Assembly (NCBI RefSeq): GCF_036321535.1
Contig: NC_087437.1
Coordinates: 44,394,001-44,458,000 of the forward strand
DNA from: Camelus dromedarius
Lineage: Eukaryota
DNA length: 64,000 bases
Direction of reading: 5' to 3'
The notes below the pieces were generated by a model. It ran no database searches and was not told the DNA's origin. It worked only from the letters and a program-made list of their open reading frames with translations. The translations under genes and the position numbers were made by a program. Below, piece by piece: positions 1-13,830 of the stretch (the stretch's first letter is position 1; every line of letters starts with the position of its first letter).

Positions 1-1496
1 TTTATGTACCAAATCCTGGAATTTGGAAAAAATAAAATGGTGTTCGGACGATAACACAGCAATATATGTAAAATGTGTAAGAGGTGGTTTAGATTCCCTT
101 CTCTAAAAAGTGTTCCTTGAAATGAATGAACTTGGGATGTGATGCTAAGGGTGTGCCTATAACCTTGTTTACATTTTACAGTGTCCATCATGTAAGGTCC
201 TACATCCACTGCTGTGGGATGCACACTCCTTGCTGGCTTACCTCGCCTGCCTCCCTCTCTCTTTGCTGGACACTCACAGAGGAACCTCAGAACGTGCTTA
301 GTGCCTTCCTCGCCTGGTTATGTACTTCACTAAGATTAAGCCAACTTCTCCCTCTTGTCATTGCTGTTCACTGATATCTTTCTCTTCACTCTCCTTCATT
401 TCAACATCATGTGGAACATCAGCACTAGCCTTAGTCTTTCTCCTATTACTGTTTTCTGGCTCTTTTAGTATCACCATCTTCAACATTCAATGGACTTTGC
501 TTTTCCTTTTTTCACTCTTCTAATGTTCGATTTCTTTTAAGTTACCTATTTTAGGTACATACTCAACCTGTCACATACTGGTATTTTTAACTACCATTGT
601 CTTCAGAGTCATGATTTAGAACATCGTACTCCTTGAACACAACTTAGTGCTACTTGCCTCCCTTTCCGCATTCACATAAACCAGTTCTACAAACACAAAA
701 ACACACACCAACAAAACGAAAGTACTTCTACTCTTCCTTGTACGTCTGGTCCACACCCCCTTTTCCTGCTTCCCAGAGTTTGCAGTGATTTGCCTTCCCA
801 CTCTGCCTCCATTTCTTCCCATGACTTCTTCCCCCTCTGGAGTATGTCTTCTACCTCTAAGCCAGTGGTACAGCAATCGTAAATACCACTAAGAAAGAGG
901 CTTCCTATTGGAAAATCTGGTGTGTGTCTTTCTGTCCTTATCCTGTTCAGTCTCTCAGTTGTATTTAAAACTCTTGGCAACTCCTTATTAAGAAACTATT
1001 CTTGTTGACTTCTGGGACACCATATATTCTTAGTTTTTCCGCTACTGTTGGCCTTCTCTTCTCTTTAGAGTCTCTCACCCATGTCCATGAAGTTAGCTGG
1101 ATTTCTCTGCTCATGGCTCTGATATTTTATATGCCTTCTCTTGTTCTTTTCCAAACTCAAGTTTTTTTGTTATAAATATAACTACCTTTTGGCCTCTCTA
1201 ACTCTCTCATAGCATCTCAAACTTTACATGTATGAAATAGAACTTTTTAATTTCCAATGCCACAACACTTAACCAATCTTATCTGTCATAATGAATAACA
1301 TCACCTTCCACCGAGCTGCTCCACTTCCAACTCAATCCAATCAATTAATCTTTTCATTAAGTCTCCTAAATATGTCTTGAATCTGCTGTCTTATATTGGT
1401 ACCTTTTTCCACTTCTTGATCAGGAACACCTAAGGTCTGTTAGTGTTAAAGTTTCCCATCAGATCTTCCTGCCTGTATTCTTGTACCCTTCTTATT

Positions 1497-1675
1497 CAGG
1501 GGGCAGCAAACCTTTCTTATAAAAGAACAGGTCATAAATACTTAGGCTGTATCAGCTAAACTGTCTGTTGCAACTACTCAACTCTGCCATTGTTGCATGA
1601 GAGCGGACCTAGATAATATATAGAAGAATGGTTGTGTTCTAATAATACTATTTATAAAACAGATATTGAGCCTCT
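1497..1675 (+). mobile_element. MER58A (hAT-Charlie non-autonomous DNA transposon)
   Basis: Begins 'cagggggcagcaaac'; internal 'gcaactactcaactctgccattgt' and 'tgtgttctaataatactatttataaaacag' match MER58A consensus. Confidence 0.85.
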
Positions 1676-1907
1676 GCCATGCTGCAGCCAGAGTGAATAT
1701 TTTAAATGTAAATATTATCACATCATTCCCCTGCTGAACACCTGCCTTCAGTGACTTCTTAATGCATTTAAAATAAAATCCAAATTTCTGACATAGCTTT
1801 CAAAGCACTGCATGGCTTGGCCCTTTCTTACCTTTCCTATTTTATCTGAGGCCTCATCCTTCAAAATCACCATTTTCTTTTAAGTTTCTTAAGCATGGGC
1901 AGTGTTA

Positions 1908-2073
1908 AGGACCAGCTATATAATTTGCAAGGCCCAGTAAGGAATTATGATGCAGGACACTCATTCAGATACTAAGAATTTGAAAATGCAACAGAGCATC
2001 AAACAAGCCTGGACTCTTCTGAGCGTGGGGCTATGTTCAACTACACAGTTGCATGCCTATGAGTTTCTGCCCC
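1908..2073 (-). mobile_element. MER91A (hAT DNA transposon remnant)
   Basis: 'ggaccagctatataatttgcaaggcccag...cttctgagcgtgggg...gttgcatgcctatgag' matches reverse complement of MER91A. Confidence 0.8.
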
Positions 2074-3639
2074 ATGGCCTTTGAATATGCTTTCTTGAGT
2101 GTTGAACCATACCCCCTTGTGTTGAACATCACACCCTTAGCACCACCACCACCACCACCAACTACCCTGCTCTTTTAAGTTTCAGTTTAAAACCAGCTTC
2201 AGACACTTTGCCTCAAGTAGAGCCTTCACCAGGACTATATCTTATTCCTTTATTTTCAGTGATCATATGCTTTTCATTTATTTTACAGCAGTTGTCACTA
2301 TTTAAAATGTGTTTCTTATTTGAACTATGGAGTGAATTATGGTGACATGATCATGATTGCTGACTTAGGTACCAGTGTCCCAAAACAAATAAGCATGAAT
2401 TTATAATAAAAATAGCTAATATTAAAATTGAAGATAATTCTGGTGACAACTAATTTTTTTTCAAAATCACATTTCTACCTCATTAATTTGGGGATATGTG
2501 GAAGAAACATGTCTTGGGTACTAAATTAGTCAGTTGTACTATGTAATGAGACACCTTGGACAAGTAAACTATTTTTACCTTATGCTTTCAAGGCTCTGTG
2601 GCAGCGCTAAGATGAAAACAAACACATTTAAAGATAAACTCAAAACAGAATGCATTTAAGGAAAGTCAGTGCTTTTAGAACTAAAATTAGATCATTCATA
2701 ATATAAAATTTTATGTGTGTAGATAATCTAGATTATATAAACATTTCTGTGATAACAGCAAGAGTATATATTCACTTGTAAGATTGTTTTTTCTGCAAAG
2801 ATAACATTAGAAAGTTCCAGAATTTATAAGATACAATGTAACTTCCTAGACAGCACTTATGATATAGCAAGCAGTATCTTTAGTCTTAACTTGAACAACA
2901 CTTAAAAAATTGTTAATATGTAATACTTATTTTAATAATCTAAATTTTAAATTCTAAAGAATTTCATATTAATTTAAAAATAATTCATGTAGTTTCTATG
3001 AAAGACTGAGATAATCAGGTTTGTTTTTGTTTTTTGTTTTTTGTTTTTTTTTTTGACTGTTCGACTTATTACGAGATTTAAAAATTGAGATCTGGAAAGT
3101 GGATTCAGGTCCATTAGTTTTCTCCTTTCTACCATGAGCTTGTAGATATTTTACTTTTTTTTTTTTTTAATAAGAATATATGCTATGGATGCCAGACCCA
3201 TGAAAAGTCTTTGGTATTTTGCTCTCAGACATTTATTCACTGGAATTTTATTGTTGTTCAGGGTTACTCCTGAAAAACAGATTACTAGAGGAAAGCACAG
3301 TAGGATTTTTTGTACCTCTGTGGATTTTTTTTTAAAAGTATGAATCATCCAGATTAATTCTACTACTTAAATTTCTTACTATTAAAAAGCAACCCCACTA
3401 AATCCCATTGAAGAGTTGAGTTGCCATTTTGGCTGATCTTAACTATTAAGTTAGATCTGCTACTGGATGCTATTTTTAGAATGATATAATCTTAAATGCA
3501 AAAATTGGTTTTTAAGTAAACTTGGGGGATATGCTTTCTCCAAATTATTGCTTCAAACATAAGCTTCTCATTGATTTTGCTCCCCATTTACTTACTGCTT
3601 TTTAAGTATTTATGCCTACATTTTTCTTTGTTTTGGAAA

Positions 3640-3870
3640 TTAGTATATAAGAGAGTTATTTCTGGTGTTAGGACAGCTAGGTTTGAGTTCTGATTCTGCT
3701 TACTAGTCACCAAGTCCGGGTAATTTAGCTTCTGTAAAATTCAGTTTTCTGTGTGGAACAGCCCTGGAAATCCGTGGCTGCATAGCCGAGAGGGTGCTGT
3801 AAGGACCAATTAAGTTATTATACATATGATCTCCTGACATATATAAATGATATTGCTGTTGATGATGATG
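3640..3870 (+). mobile_element. MIR SINE
   Basis: 'ctaggtttgagttctgattctgcttactag' and degenerate core/3' tail. Confidence 0.65.
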
Positions 3871-4779
3871 CTATCATGTGTAATGATTTTGTAAGATTCC
3901 AGAAACATGGGTAAAAAGTTTTATTGCTTTTGGTTCAATGTGATATTTTCATTCTGTAGGTATTTTTTCTAATTATGGGGTTTTATTACTTTTTATTTTT
4001 TCTTTGTTGCTTTTCACATTCTGTCCATGATGCATCCCTTGTCACATTCTGTACCGCCAGTTTGGAAATATCCCGGAGTATATCATTATATAGGTTCAAC
4101 CAGACTTTGATGATAGCCATCTTATTGGAAGGGGCTATTCCCATGATTTGTTACATGTTGCTTAGGAATAGATACCTGGAGACACATATTTGTTAACTTA
4201 CTGATAAAGCTTGCAGTTCCAAGTGGTGGCTTACACAATTTAACATCATTTTCAACACTGTGATTGAGAATATTTTAAGCATTTCCTTGATATGAGTGAG
4301 TTCTTCACATTTTATTCCCTTATGTTTATCTTTGTACAACCTGGTTGGATTTCACTTAATAGAAGTGTTCCAATAAACCTACTTTGTTGATGACTTTTAA
4401 CTCCATTTAGATTTCATACTGTATTGCTTTGTTTTTATAAAGGAACTAATAGGTTATTTCTATTAATTAGTGTACTTAAAATGAATTCCTAGTTCCCAAA
4501 TTAGATAGTTCTCTTTTTCTCTTAAAAAAAGAAAAGAATCAGAGGATAACAGTTGCAAAATTATACTATTTTCTTGTTAATCTTCTGTATTTCTACATCA
4601 GCACATGAAGCTAAATTGGTGATTTGCAAGAGTATTTTCTCTTGAAATCCTTAAAAATAAAATAAATTACATCACATATATGACAATTTTATATATGTAT
4701 ATATAGTATTTGCTTAGAAAAGAGATGAAAGATGTCTTTATCATTTCCTTGTCATTTCAATAATAAATAATGGATACTC

Positions 4780-5215
4780 TATGTCTGCATAACTATTACC
4801 AGCCTATAAATTCTAAGGAAGTTAGCAAGGATTCATACGGAGATGAATGTATAAAGATCTTCGTTGGAATATTACTTACAACAGAGACAAATTGGAAACA
4901 AAAATTAACAGACCATTTTGGGGAAATGATTAAGTTATGGAACAGTTACATACCTTAATGTGATATTGCCATTAAACCATATATTCATCAGTACATGTTT
5001 AGAATATATTATAAAGGCCATAAGGATATTAAAATTTCATATTCAGTGTGAGTCAAGTATGGAAAAAGATAATGCATATGAGAGACTGAATGGAAATAAA
5101 ACAAAATGCTGGTAATGGCTACCATCAGAATGATGATCAGATGATTTTATATTTATTTCTATTTTCTCTATTTTCTCAATTTCTAAAATGAATATGTTAC
5201 AGTTTAAAACAAGAC
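4780..5215 (+). mobile_element. Ancient L1 (L1ME-like) 3' remnant
   Basis: 'gaatgtataaagatcttcgttggaatattacttacaacagagacaaattggaaacaa' resembles L1M ORF2 end/3'UTR. Confidence 0.65.
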
Positions 5216-6074
5216 AATTATTAGGTAAAATGCAATGTATAGTCAGAATAGCTTTTTTTCCCCCTTATATGTTATGATACCTTTTCAAACAGTCAAAAAT
5301 TCTTACATCTCAGGGTTATAATTAGGTTAGGAGCTGCTATTCTGCATTTCTATTGCACTCCCATATTTGGTCATAAACATGTATCATAGAGAAACAGTGC
5401 ATACTGAAATCAAACGACGAGGCCATTTGAGACTGCAGTATAGAGTAGTAACTAAGCAAGTTACCGTGATACTCCTCACAGAGTCACAAAGCTATCTGAA
5501 ATGACTGAGATGTCTCACGGCATAAAACAAGTGAGAAGCAGATTGAAGCTTCTTGAAGCAGATTGATACTCAAGTCAGAAGGATTTTGCATTGCCTTCCA
5601 AATATGGTTGTGTACAGAACAGATTGATTGTGCTTTACTCATCTTAGAACAAATGTACACTTAGAAATACTGCAGTACCAGTAGCTGGCTTTGGGAGTGT
5701 GGAAAGTTCTGTATTTGCTCATTTAGTCATTCATTCTGTTTAATATGTATTGATAATTCTCTACTCTACCTTCTGTGTTGCTGGCTGGAAGAGTGGAGTT
5801 CTTATTTCTTTGACTACACTGGACCTTTTCATTATTTGGCTAATCTATCAAAACATTCCTTCTTTTATTGTCCTCCTAGTCCATATGTAATTCATGAGTA
5901 TGAGGATTATAGTTATAGTTGCACTTTTAAAGCCAGTAAAATGGATAAACTCATTTATTTAATTCAGGGATTTTTTTTTTGTAGTTGCATTTTTTCTTTA
6001 AAGATGTTTTTAAAAAGGGCATCATCATGTGACCTGGAAAACATGATCTTTATAGACAGCTTTTTTTTTAGCCA

Positions 6075-6260
6075 CATTTCACTCATTTAGTTAAAATTTA
6101 TGGAGAACCTGTTATGTGTCTGGTACTCTCATAGATGCTGAATTGTGTACAAAATAAAAGTTATCACTGCTCAAGTTCTAATAGAATGGAGTCTAATGGG
6201 AAAATGGAGGTTTATCTATTAAGGCAATTTATCTGTACAGTGTTTGTTTCTCTTTGGATA
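6075..6260 (-). mobile_element. L2 3' end fragment
   Basis: 'actcatttagttaaaatttatggagaacctgttatgtgtctggtactct' resembles reverse complement of L2 terminus. Confidence 0.6.
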
Positions 6261-7077
6261 ATAACTTTTACACAGATTTTGTTTAGAGAAAAATTTTCAT
6301 TTTCTAGGCCAAAAAAAAAAAAAAAGACAGTTCTACTTATCTAGAAAAATAATTCTTATCACCCAGATTTGTCTTGTGGAAGACCACTGTATTTCAAGTC
6401 ATTATATGCTGACTGAAATGTGGACGTTCAATATTTGTGTCCTGAGTTAAGTAGATACATGAAATTTATCATTAAACACAAAGATAAAATATTATAAAGA
6501 AGCTAGGATCCTTACTGTAGTGAATGTCCTGGGTCAAAGATAGCATCCACATATTATTTCAAGATTTTAGGTAATACACTAAACATTGCCTGATGAAGAC
6601 TCTTTGTATTTGGTGCGGGAGGGGCACATCCTGTTAGCATCTTAGCAGAAAGCTGACTGTATTATTTTGATAACTACTCTGTGGTTCTAATTAGAAATTT
6701 TCCAGCAAAGGAGCCGAACTTCAGTTTTCTGGTACTCTATCAAATATAGTCATTCCACACTGGCATCTTTTAAAAATATTTCAGTAAGATTTTTTGAATA
6801 GTTTGGGAGAAACCAGAATAATTTTATCTTAAGTCTTAACCTTTATTTATTCACCATATTGTTTGGTACACATTTTCTAACCTTCTTGGCCACTGACTTA
6901 TCTCCTATATTAGCTAAAAAAAATAATCATTAGTAACACTGCTTCATTTTTTTCCCTATTCTGTTTAGAGTTCCTCTTTGTCAGTGCATTCAAGCTTCCA
7001 AGCTGCAAGCACCTTGGTCAATGAAAGTTGTATCCACCTCTGACTTTGATATTCTCAGCATAGTGTTTTGTACTTAC

Positions 7078-7163
7078 CAGCATAGAGTATACAGTATCAG
7101 CAAATGTGTTGAATTGAACTTCTGCAACTTTACAGATAAAAGTTTCCTTTGATTTGGATCCAC
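7078..7163 (-). other. Candidate 86-nt internal exon
   Basis: ttattcttag acceptor and CTG|gtaagt donor on the minus strand; open frame GGSKSKETFICKVAEVQFNTFADTVYSML; non-repeat sequence. Confidence 0.25.
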
Positions 7164-8789
7164 CTAAGAATAATACCTTAATAACAGACTTGTCAAATAT
7201 ATTGCACTTTTGAGAATAATTCCTCATTTTAATTTCTCCACCTATGGCCCTCTAGTTGCATATGCTTATGAATCCCTAAGGGAAATTATTATATTATTAT
7301 ACTATATCATCTTTAAAAACTGTCTAGAACATAATACATTTTAGAAAGATTGTGAATTGCAATAATATATCCCTAATTGTACATATATATTGTACTATAA
7401 AATGTGGGCACACTTGCATGTATTGATTTATTTTATGCTTCAAATTATTGACCAATCCATATAACAAATGTTTTAAAAACTTTTCTTTTTATTGCAAGTT
7501 ATCCAGTGTTTAGTAGTCCTCCCCATCATTCAACCAGCACTTGTACCCATTAAGTTACCATATACATTGCATCTAAACAAACATTTTTGGCTACCTCATG
7601 TTAGCACATCTTGATAGATGATAGTTAAGTTTTTGCAACATTTCCATCTTATTGAAAAAAAGTGTTTGCGCAATTACTTGACTATCTAATTGCATTTTTC
7701 ACATTGCCCTCAATATTTAAGAACTTGAAAATGGAAAAAAATTATATTGCTGACACAAGTAATTAAAATCAATTTTCCTGTACTTACTAAAATAGAACAA
7801 AGATGAGAATAATTAAGCATGCCAAGGATGACATTTTTAGGCTCAATTGGATACTTATTGGACTTACACAAATGACAGTTATTTTTAACTATGATGAAAA
7901 ATCAGAACCATTCAAGACCTTACATAAAATTCTGGTAGTATATCAATAGAGATTGAATGTACATATGTGTTTTTTCTTTGAAAATTTTGCAAATGGAACC
8001 ACCCAAAGAAATCTAAATCTAATGTTCAAATTTTGCCCATTAATTTTCTTGTACGATGTCAGAAAGATCTGGTGGCAGTTAGCAACTGAAAATTCAATGA
8101 TGGTAGTTTTAAAAGCAATACTGAATTCTATTTTTTAAATGTACAATTTTTTTCTTCCTTTTCTGCTTTTCATTGTATCATTGCAAATTTCATGGTCAGG
8201 TATTATAGAGATCAGTTTTATGACATTTTTATGAATTCCAAGAAAACTCTTGGTTTTTGATTAATTAGTAAATAGGACACAGTGTCATGTAAATGTGCAG
8301 AGCTGAAATAATTACCTTTTCTTCCAGAAATGAGCATGCTTATTAAGTACTTTGATAGGATTTAGTGTCTGGAAGAGAAAACCTGTCTGTATCATTTTGC
8401 CTTTCATTTTGAGCCATGTTTTTTTTCAAACAGGGTTTTTTTTTTATTTAATTTATCCAACTTAAACTTAAGGTCACTGACAATTGAATACATATTTTGA
8501 ATATGTAAGCAGGTTTCTTATTGTCCCATCCAGTCTAGTCAATAACTGCAACCTGCTCTTCCAAATCCTGAAGACAACCTTTTTCTTAATGATTTAGTTA
8601 TTTATATTTACTTATTTTCCAATAATATTCTTTATTACTTGACATTTTAACTGCTTTGTTCTTTAAATTAGTTTCACATCTTAATCATCTAATTTTTAAA
8701 ATTTCCTGCTCTCTGTTAATTTCATATAGTTTTATGTTCTTCACATCACATGATTTTATAGATGCATATATGTGGATTTTAAACATTAG

Positions 8790-9608
8790 GGGTTTTGTTG
8801 ATGTTTATATTTTTATTGAAATATAACCAGTTTACAATGTTGTGTCAATTTCTGGTGTACAATATAATGCTTCAGTTCATACATGAACATACATATATTC
8901 GTTTTCATATTCTTTTTCACTGTAAGTTACTACAAGATATTGAATATAGTTCCCTGTGATACAGTATGAGCTTGTTGTTTATTTTATGTACAGTAATTAG
9001 TATCCACAAATATCAAACTCCCAATTTATCCCTTCCTGCCCTCTTCCCCCACTGGTAACCATACATTTGTTTTCTCTAAGTCTGTTTCTGTTTTGTAAAT
9101 AAGTTTTTTTTTTTGAATTCCCCATGTAAGTGATACCATATGGTAGTTTTATTTCTCTTTCTGGCTTCTCTTAGAATGACAGTCTCCAGGTCTGTCCATG
9201 TTGCTGTAAATGGCATTATTTTATTCTTTTTTATGGCTGAGTAGTATTCCATTATATAAACATACCACAACTTCTTTATTTAGTCATTTGCTGGTGGACA
9301 TTTAGGTTGTTCCCATGTCTTGGCTATTGTAAATAGTGCTGCTATGAATGTGGGGCTGCAGATATCTTTTTGAATTAAGGTTCCCTCTGATATATGCTCA
9401 GAAGTGGGATTGCAAATCAAAACTGCAATGAGGTATCACCTCACACCAGTTAGAATGACTATCATTAAAAAGTCCACAGACGAAAAATGCTGGAGAAGGT
9501 ATGAAGAAAAGGGAACTCTTCTACATTGTTGGTGGGAATGTAGTTTGGTGCAGCCCTTAGGGAAAATAGTATGGAGATTCCTCAGAAGACTAAAATAGAC
9601 TTACCATA
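8790..9608 (-). mobile_element. 5'-truncated, 5'-inverted L1 (twin-priming product)
   Basis: Minus-strand L1 3'UTR/ORF2 end 8790-9413, then plus-strand ORF2 C-terminal piece 9411-9608 (ORF 9404..9598 '[10 protein letters not shown]...LLHCWWEC'); direct repeat taaacattag at 8780-8789 and 9609-9618. Confidence 0.9.
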
Positions 9609-10479
9609 TAAACATTAGTTTTGATTCAAAGTACTCACTGCCCTTCTTACTGTTTCAACAATTAATCAAGTGATACAGAACATTTGAGCTGGCCTTTGTT
9701 TTCTGCTTCACTTTCAATAGTTTAATTACCTTCTCTGATTTTTAGCCAATGATATATTTCTTTCATATGCTTACTCAATCTGTGCTAGTTGATCTAACAT
9801 TAGGTTCCAAACATACAGAAATTATTATCTTAATATTCAGATGTCATACTAGGAAGAGAAAACGTATTTGCACAAAATTAGACGTAGCAGTGAATCATAA
9901 AATATCTGCTTTATTTGTAACACATATCTTCAAATTGTATCTGTGCTTGCCACCTTTATTTTCAGGCAGTTATTTATGTACGAGCATATATACATTATCG
10001 TCTGCTCTTCATCTGGAAATTGTTTTGAAAAGACAACCTTCTGTTTTGATGATACAAAAGACAATTTTTATGAAGTCCATTTCACCAAGAACTGGTTTGA
10101 GTCTGTGCATTTCATACTGAATTATTTTTATGTTTGCATGGGTAAAATAAATATATCTTCTGTGGCCATACAGCTGTAACTCTTTCTTCCCTGCTGCTTT
10201 GCAAAAATACCGTAAAAAATCTTACATTTCTGTGCATTTAAATGAACCATTTCTTGTCAGACAAATGCCTAGTTATTAGTTATTATGTTATATCAGGTAT
10301 TATGTCACAATAGCAATGTGTGGGTTTACTAAACAAATGAGAAATGCATGCATTAACTTGCCTAATAGTTCTGTAAAGCTTGGATAGTCTTTCAGGATGA
10401 CATATTTAAGACCCTAGCCTTTTGGTAGGTTTGCACTTAAATCAGGAATTGTTAGACAAGATATTGGAAGTTGGTTCTA

Positions 10480-11001
10480 ACAAAAGAATAATGCCCCCCC
10501 CCCATATGGCCCAATCCCTGAAACCTTTGAATATGTTACCTTACATGACAAGTGGCACTTTGTAGATACGATTAATTTAAGAATTTTGAGATGAAATGAT
10601 TATACTGAGTTATTCGGGTGGGCCCAGTATAATCAAAGGGTTCTTAGAAGAAGGCGATGAGTTAAAGAAGGAAATGTGATGATGGAAGCAGCGTGAGAGA
10701 GAAAATTGAATGAATGAATGAATGAACTTGAAGATGCTACACTTTCCTCTCTGCATATGTGTAAAGAGGCTGTGAGCCAAAGAGTATAGTCAGCGTCTAG
10801 AAGCTGGAAAATTCAAAGAAGTTGATTTTCCCATAGAGATTCCGGAAGAAACACAGCCCTGTCAACAACCTGACTTTGTTTTTTAGCCTGGCAAAACCCA
10901 TTTCCAACTTTGACCTTCAGAACTGTAAGATAGTACATTTGTGCTATTTCAAACTATTGTTTGTAGTAACTTGTTACAGCAGCAATAAGAAACTAATATA
11001 A
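10480..11001 (+). mobile_element. MaLR solo LTR (MLT1D-like)
   Basis: 'tttgaatatgttaccttacatgac', 'ctagaagctggaaaa', terminal 'ttgttacagcagcaataagaaactaatata'. Confidence 0.85.
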
Positions 11002-11729
11002 CAATTATTCATATATAGAAGGATGACTTGAGGAAAAGAAAGGCCAGCCTAAGTGTAATTATAAAGTAGACAAAGTTAATTCCTGGGTATATTTCTTCTC
11101 GTGGATATTCTCTAATAAGAGATGCACCCGTTCTCCGGACCTTCCCTCTGTGCCCCAGCGCAAAGCATCTTGTCTAAGTCTCCATGCCCTTTATGCTTTC
11201 TTCCTCTGTCCGTTTTTCTTTCATACCTTCCTGTTTCCAACCAGCTCTATTATACCCATCTCCATGCCATCGTCATAACTTTGTGTTTGATCTCTGTGCC
11301 CGCAATTCATAAAGTAGCTATCTGAGCTCTGTTTTCATGAGAGCATCTCTGTTGCTTTCTGTCTCTTCATACTTTTTATCTAACCTAATAGTAAATTATT
11401 TCAAAACTATTCATAGAGAAGGTTTTAACTCAAACCTACTTATAGAGAGGATTCTAATTCAAACCTACGTATATAAAGGGAGTTTAGAGCAAAAGCAGGC
11501 CTTTGTGGCCCCACTTCTACCACTCAGCTTACCACTAGTGTAAAACTACTAGAACTAATGAAGGAAAGGGGTGGGGAGAGTAGCAGTAGTTGGCTATTTC
11601 AAAGCGACACATTTAAAAATTTGAAGGAAAGATCAATTGAAGTAAGTGTAAGAATTTTTGGTGCAGGCTATAAAAATACAAGATATAGAGGCATCTGTTA
11701 TAACATACTCTGACTTTTTATTTCAGACA

Positions 11730-11892
11730 ACAACAAAAACAATAACGGACCTATCCTAAGCACTCTTTTAAATAATTTATGTATAAATAATGCTTACAAC
11801 ACTGTCCCCATTTAACACAAGAGGAAACTGTAGCAGAAAGAAGTGAGTTGATTTTCCCAAGGTCATACATCTGGCAAGTGGCAGAGTTGGCA
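11730..11892 (-). mobile_element. MIR SINE fragment
   Basis: Core 'ccccatttaacacaagaggaaactgtagcaga...ttcccaaggtcataca'. Confidence 0.75.
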
Positions 11893-12045
11893 GTGTGTGA
11901 GTGCACATGCATGTGCATGTGTGCTTTGTAAGAACTCACAAAATAATCTACAACCAGTAACATTATTTACTAATGCTCTAAGGTATCCTCTGCTATTAGA
12001 CTCTTAATTTAATTAAAAATATTAAAAATTTGTCTTGCACGGGTT

Positions 12046-12307
12046 GCAGTGTAACAAGGTGATTTGGAGCATGGGGTCTGGAGCCAGATTGTCAGTATTC
12101 ACTGCCCAGCTCTCACTGCTCAGATTCAAAGCATTGCTCCCACGGACAAGTCACTTAAATATACTGTGATTTAGTTGCCTGGGATAACAAAGTTCTGTGT
12201 TACAAAGAGTTGTTAGGAAGATTAGAGAGTTAATCTGTGTAAAGTATTCTGGAAAATTGTTTGGCACAAGTTAACTACTGTGTCAGTGTTAGGTATTATC
12301 ATTATTT
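12046..12307 (+). mobile_element. MIR SINE
   Basis: 'ggagcatggggtctggagccaga', 'gacaagtcacttaa', tail 'tggcacaag...gttaggtattatcattatt'. Confidence 0.8.
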
Positions 12308-12627
12308 TAATTGCAATAAAGTTATCTAATATACCTGTACATTTTAATAGAAAAAAATACATATATACATACTTATAAAAATATTTCTTTCATTTGTCCC
12401 AAATGTACATTTTGGTCCCTGTTATCTTCAATCAATGTCAGATAAAATAATGTTAGATAAACTAACCTGATCAATTATATATTTATGTGCAACAAAGTTG
12501 AGAATTGTTTCAAAGTGGAAGTGGAAAAGTTAGGCTACTATAGAGTTGAGTTTTCCTTCTCTCAAGATAGCTAGGAGATTCCTACAGAAATGCACATGTT
12601 AATGCTGGCATAACCAATGCTTTATGT

Positions 12628-12803
12628 CGGTGATTCCCAGCCTTTATATAAGAATGACCTTGAAGGCTTGTTAAACCACAGAGTGCTGGTCTGTATCTCC
12701 ATAGCATCAGATTGAGTAGGTCTAGGAAGAGGCTCAAGAATGAATTTCTGAAAGTTCCAGCCAGTGATGTGCTGATTCAGGGTTTATGCTTTGGGAACAA
12801 CTG
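12628..12803. mobile_element. MER5A (hAT-Charlie MITE)
   Basis: Degenerate TIR ends 'cggtgattccca'...'tgggaacaactg'; internal 'gattgagtaggtctagga...ctcaagaatg'. Confidence 0.75.
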
Positions 12804-13079
12804 CTTTGAACCTTTAAGCCATAGAACCAATTCTGTGAAAGACGTAGACTTTTTGAAAAAAAGTTTTTTCTTGGCTTCCATTTTAAATGACTCTAAATTA
12901 GACTAGTTAATGCTACATTAGGTTAGAAGATTTGGACACATTAATATCTATCAGAATATCAAGATTATAGCTTCACTAGGAGATTTCCTATTGTGAGAGA
13001 TAAAGGATTGCTTTTAAATGCCATTCAGTTAAGTGATTAAAAATTCATAACTCTATTTTCATAGGTACTCTTCACCAAT

Positions 13080-13830
13080 ATTCAGCACACTATTCCTTTG
13101 TCTAGAAATGACTATCTTCTCTGAGCTGCTAGACAAATTCACTCTTTAAGAATTATTTTTAGGATAGCCCTAGAGATAATCATACTAAGTGAAGCTAGAC
13201 AGAGAAAGACAAATATATGATAACACTTATATGTGGAATCTAAAAAATGATACACATGAACTTAATTACAAAGCAGAAAGAGACTCACAGACATAGAAAA
13301 CAAACTGTGGTTAGCAAAGAGGAAAGGAAGGGAGAGGGATAAATTAGGAGTTTAGGATTAGCAGATGCAAACTACTATATGTAAAATAGATAAACAGTAA
13401 GGTCCTAGTGTATAGCACAGGGAACTACATTCAGTATCTTGTGATCATCTATAATGAAAAGAATATATGTATGTATAAATGAATCACTGTGTTGTACACC
13501 AGAAGCTAACACAACATTCTAAATCAACTATTCTTTGATTAAAAAAAGAAGCCAAAAAAAGGAATAATTTTTAATATTACTTTTTTCTAGGGTGCCTTCT
13601 CTGGTACACAAGAAGTTACTTTCCATTTCTCTCTCCTGACATGTAAAATTGACTTTCATTTATGCACTGACCAAGTTGTAGTTTAATGTAATTTGTACGT
13701 TCATTCCCTTTATAAAGTGTGAGCTCTTATTTGTCTTTATAATTCCAGCAACTAGCTTAGGGCCAGGAATAAGATGGTCACTAAATAAATGTTAAGTGAA
13801 TAACTGAGTGAATAAATGGTAGTGAGTGAG
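13080..13830 (+). mobile_element. L2 3' end, interrupted by the L1 at 13162
   Basis: Terminal 'cactaaataaatgttaagtgaataactgagtgaataaatg'; L2-like sequence on both sides of the L1. Confidence 0.6.
13162..13560 (+). mobile_element. L1 3' end (artiodactyl/camelid type), 5'-truncated
   Basis: 'catactaagtgaagctagacagagaaagacaaata...gtatagcacagggaactacattcagtatcttg' plus A tail; imperfect TSD aagaattattttta / aggaataattttta. Confidence 0.9.

Larger units (their letters stand above)
780..2390 (+). mobile_element. LINE-2 (L2) ORF2/3' remnant, interrupted by MER58A and MER91A
   Basis: L2-like motifs 'catctcaaactttacatg' (~1213) and 'cacatcattcccctgctgaacacc...aaaataaaatccaaatttctgacatagc' (~1720-1800); boundaries approximate. 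Confidence 0.7.

Noticed and set aside
3470..3479. MEF2 motif CTATTTTTAG (also 53166-53175)
   Set aside because: Isolated AT-rich motifs are expected by chance in this composition
9749..10179. Overlapping 123-aa and 78-aa ORFs with a ttttcag acceptor
   Set aside because: No strong donor and no recognisable peptide
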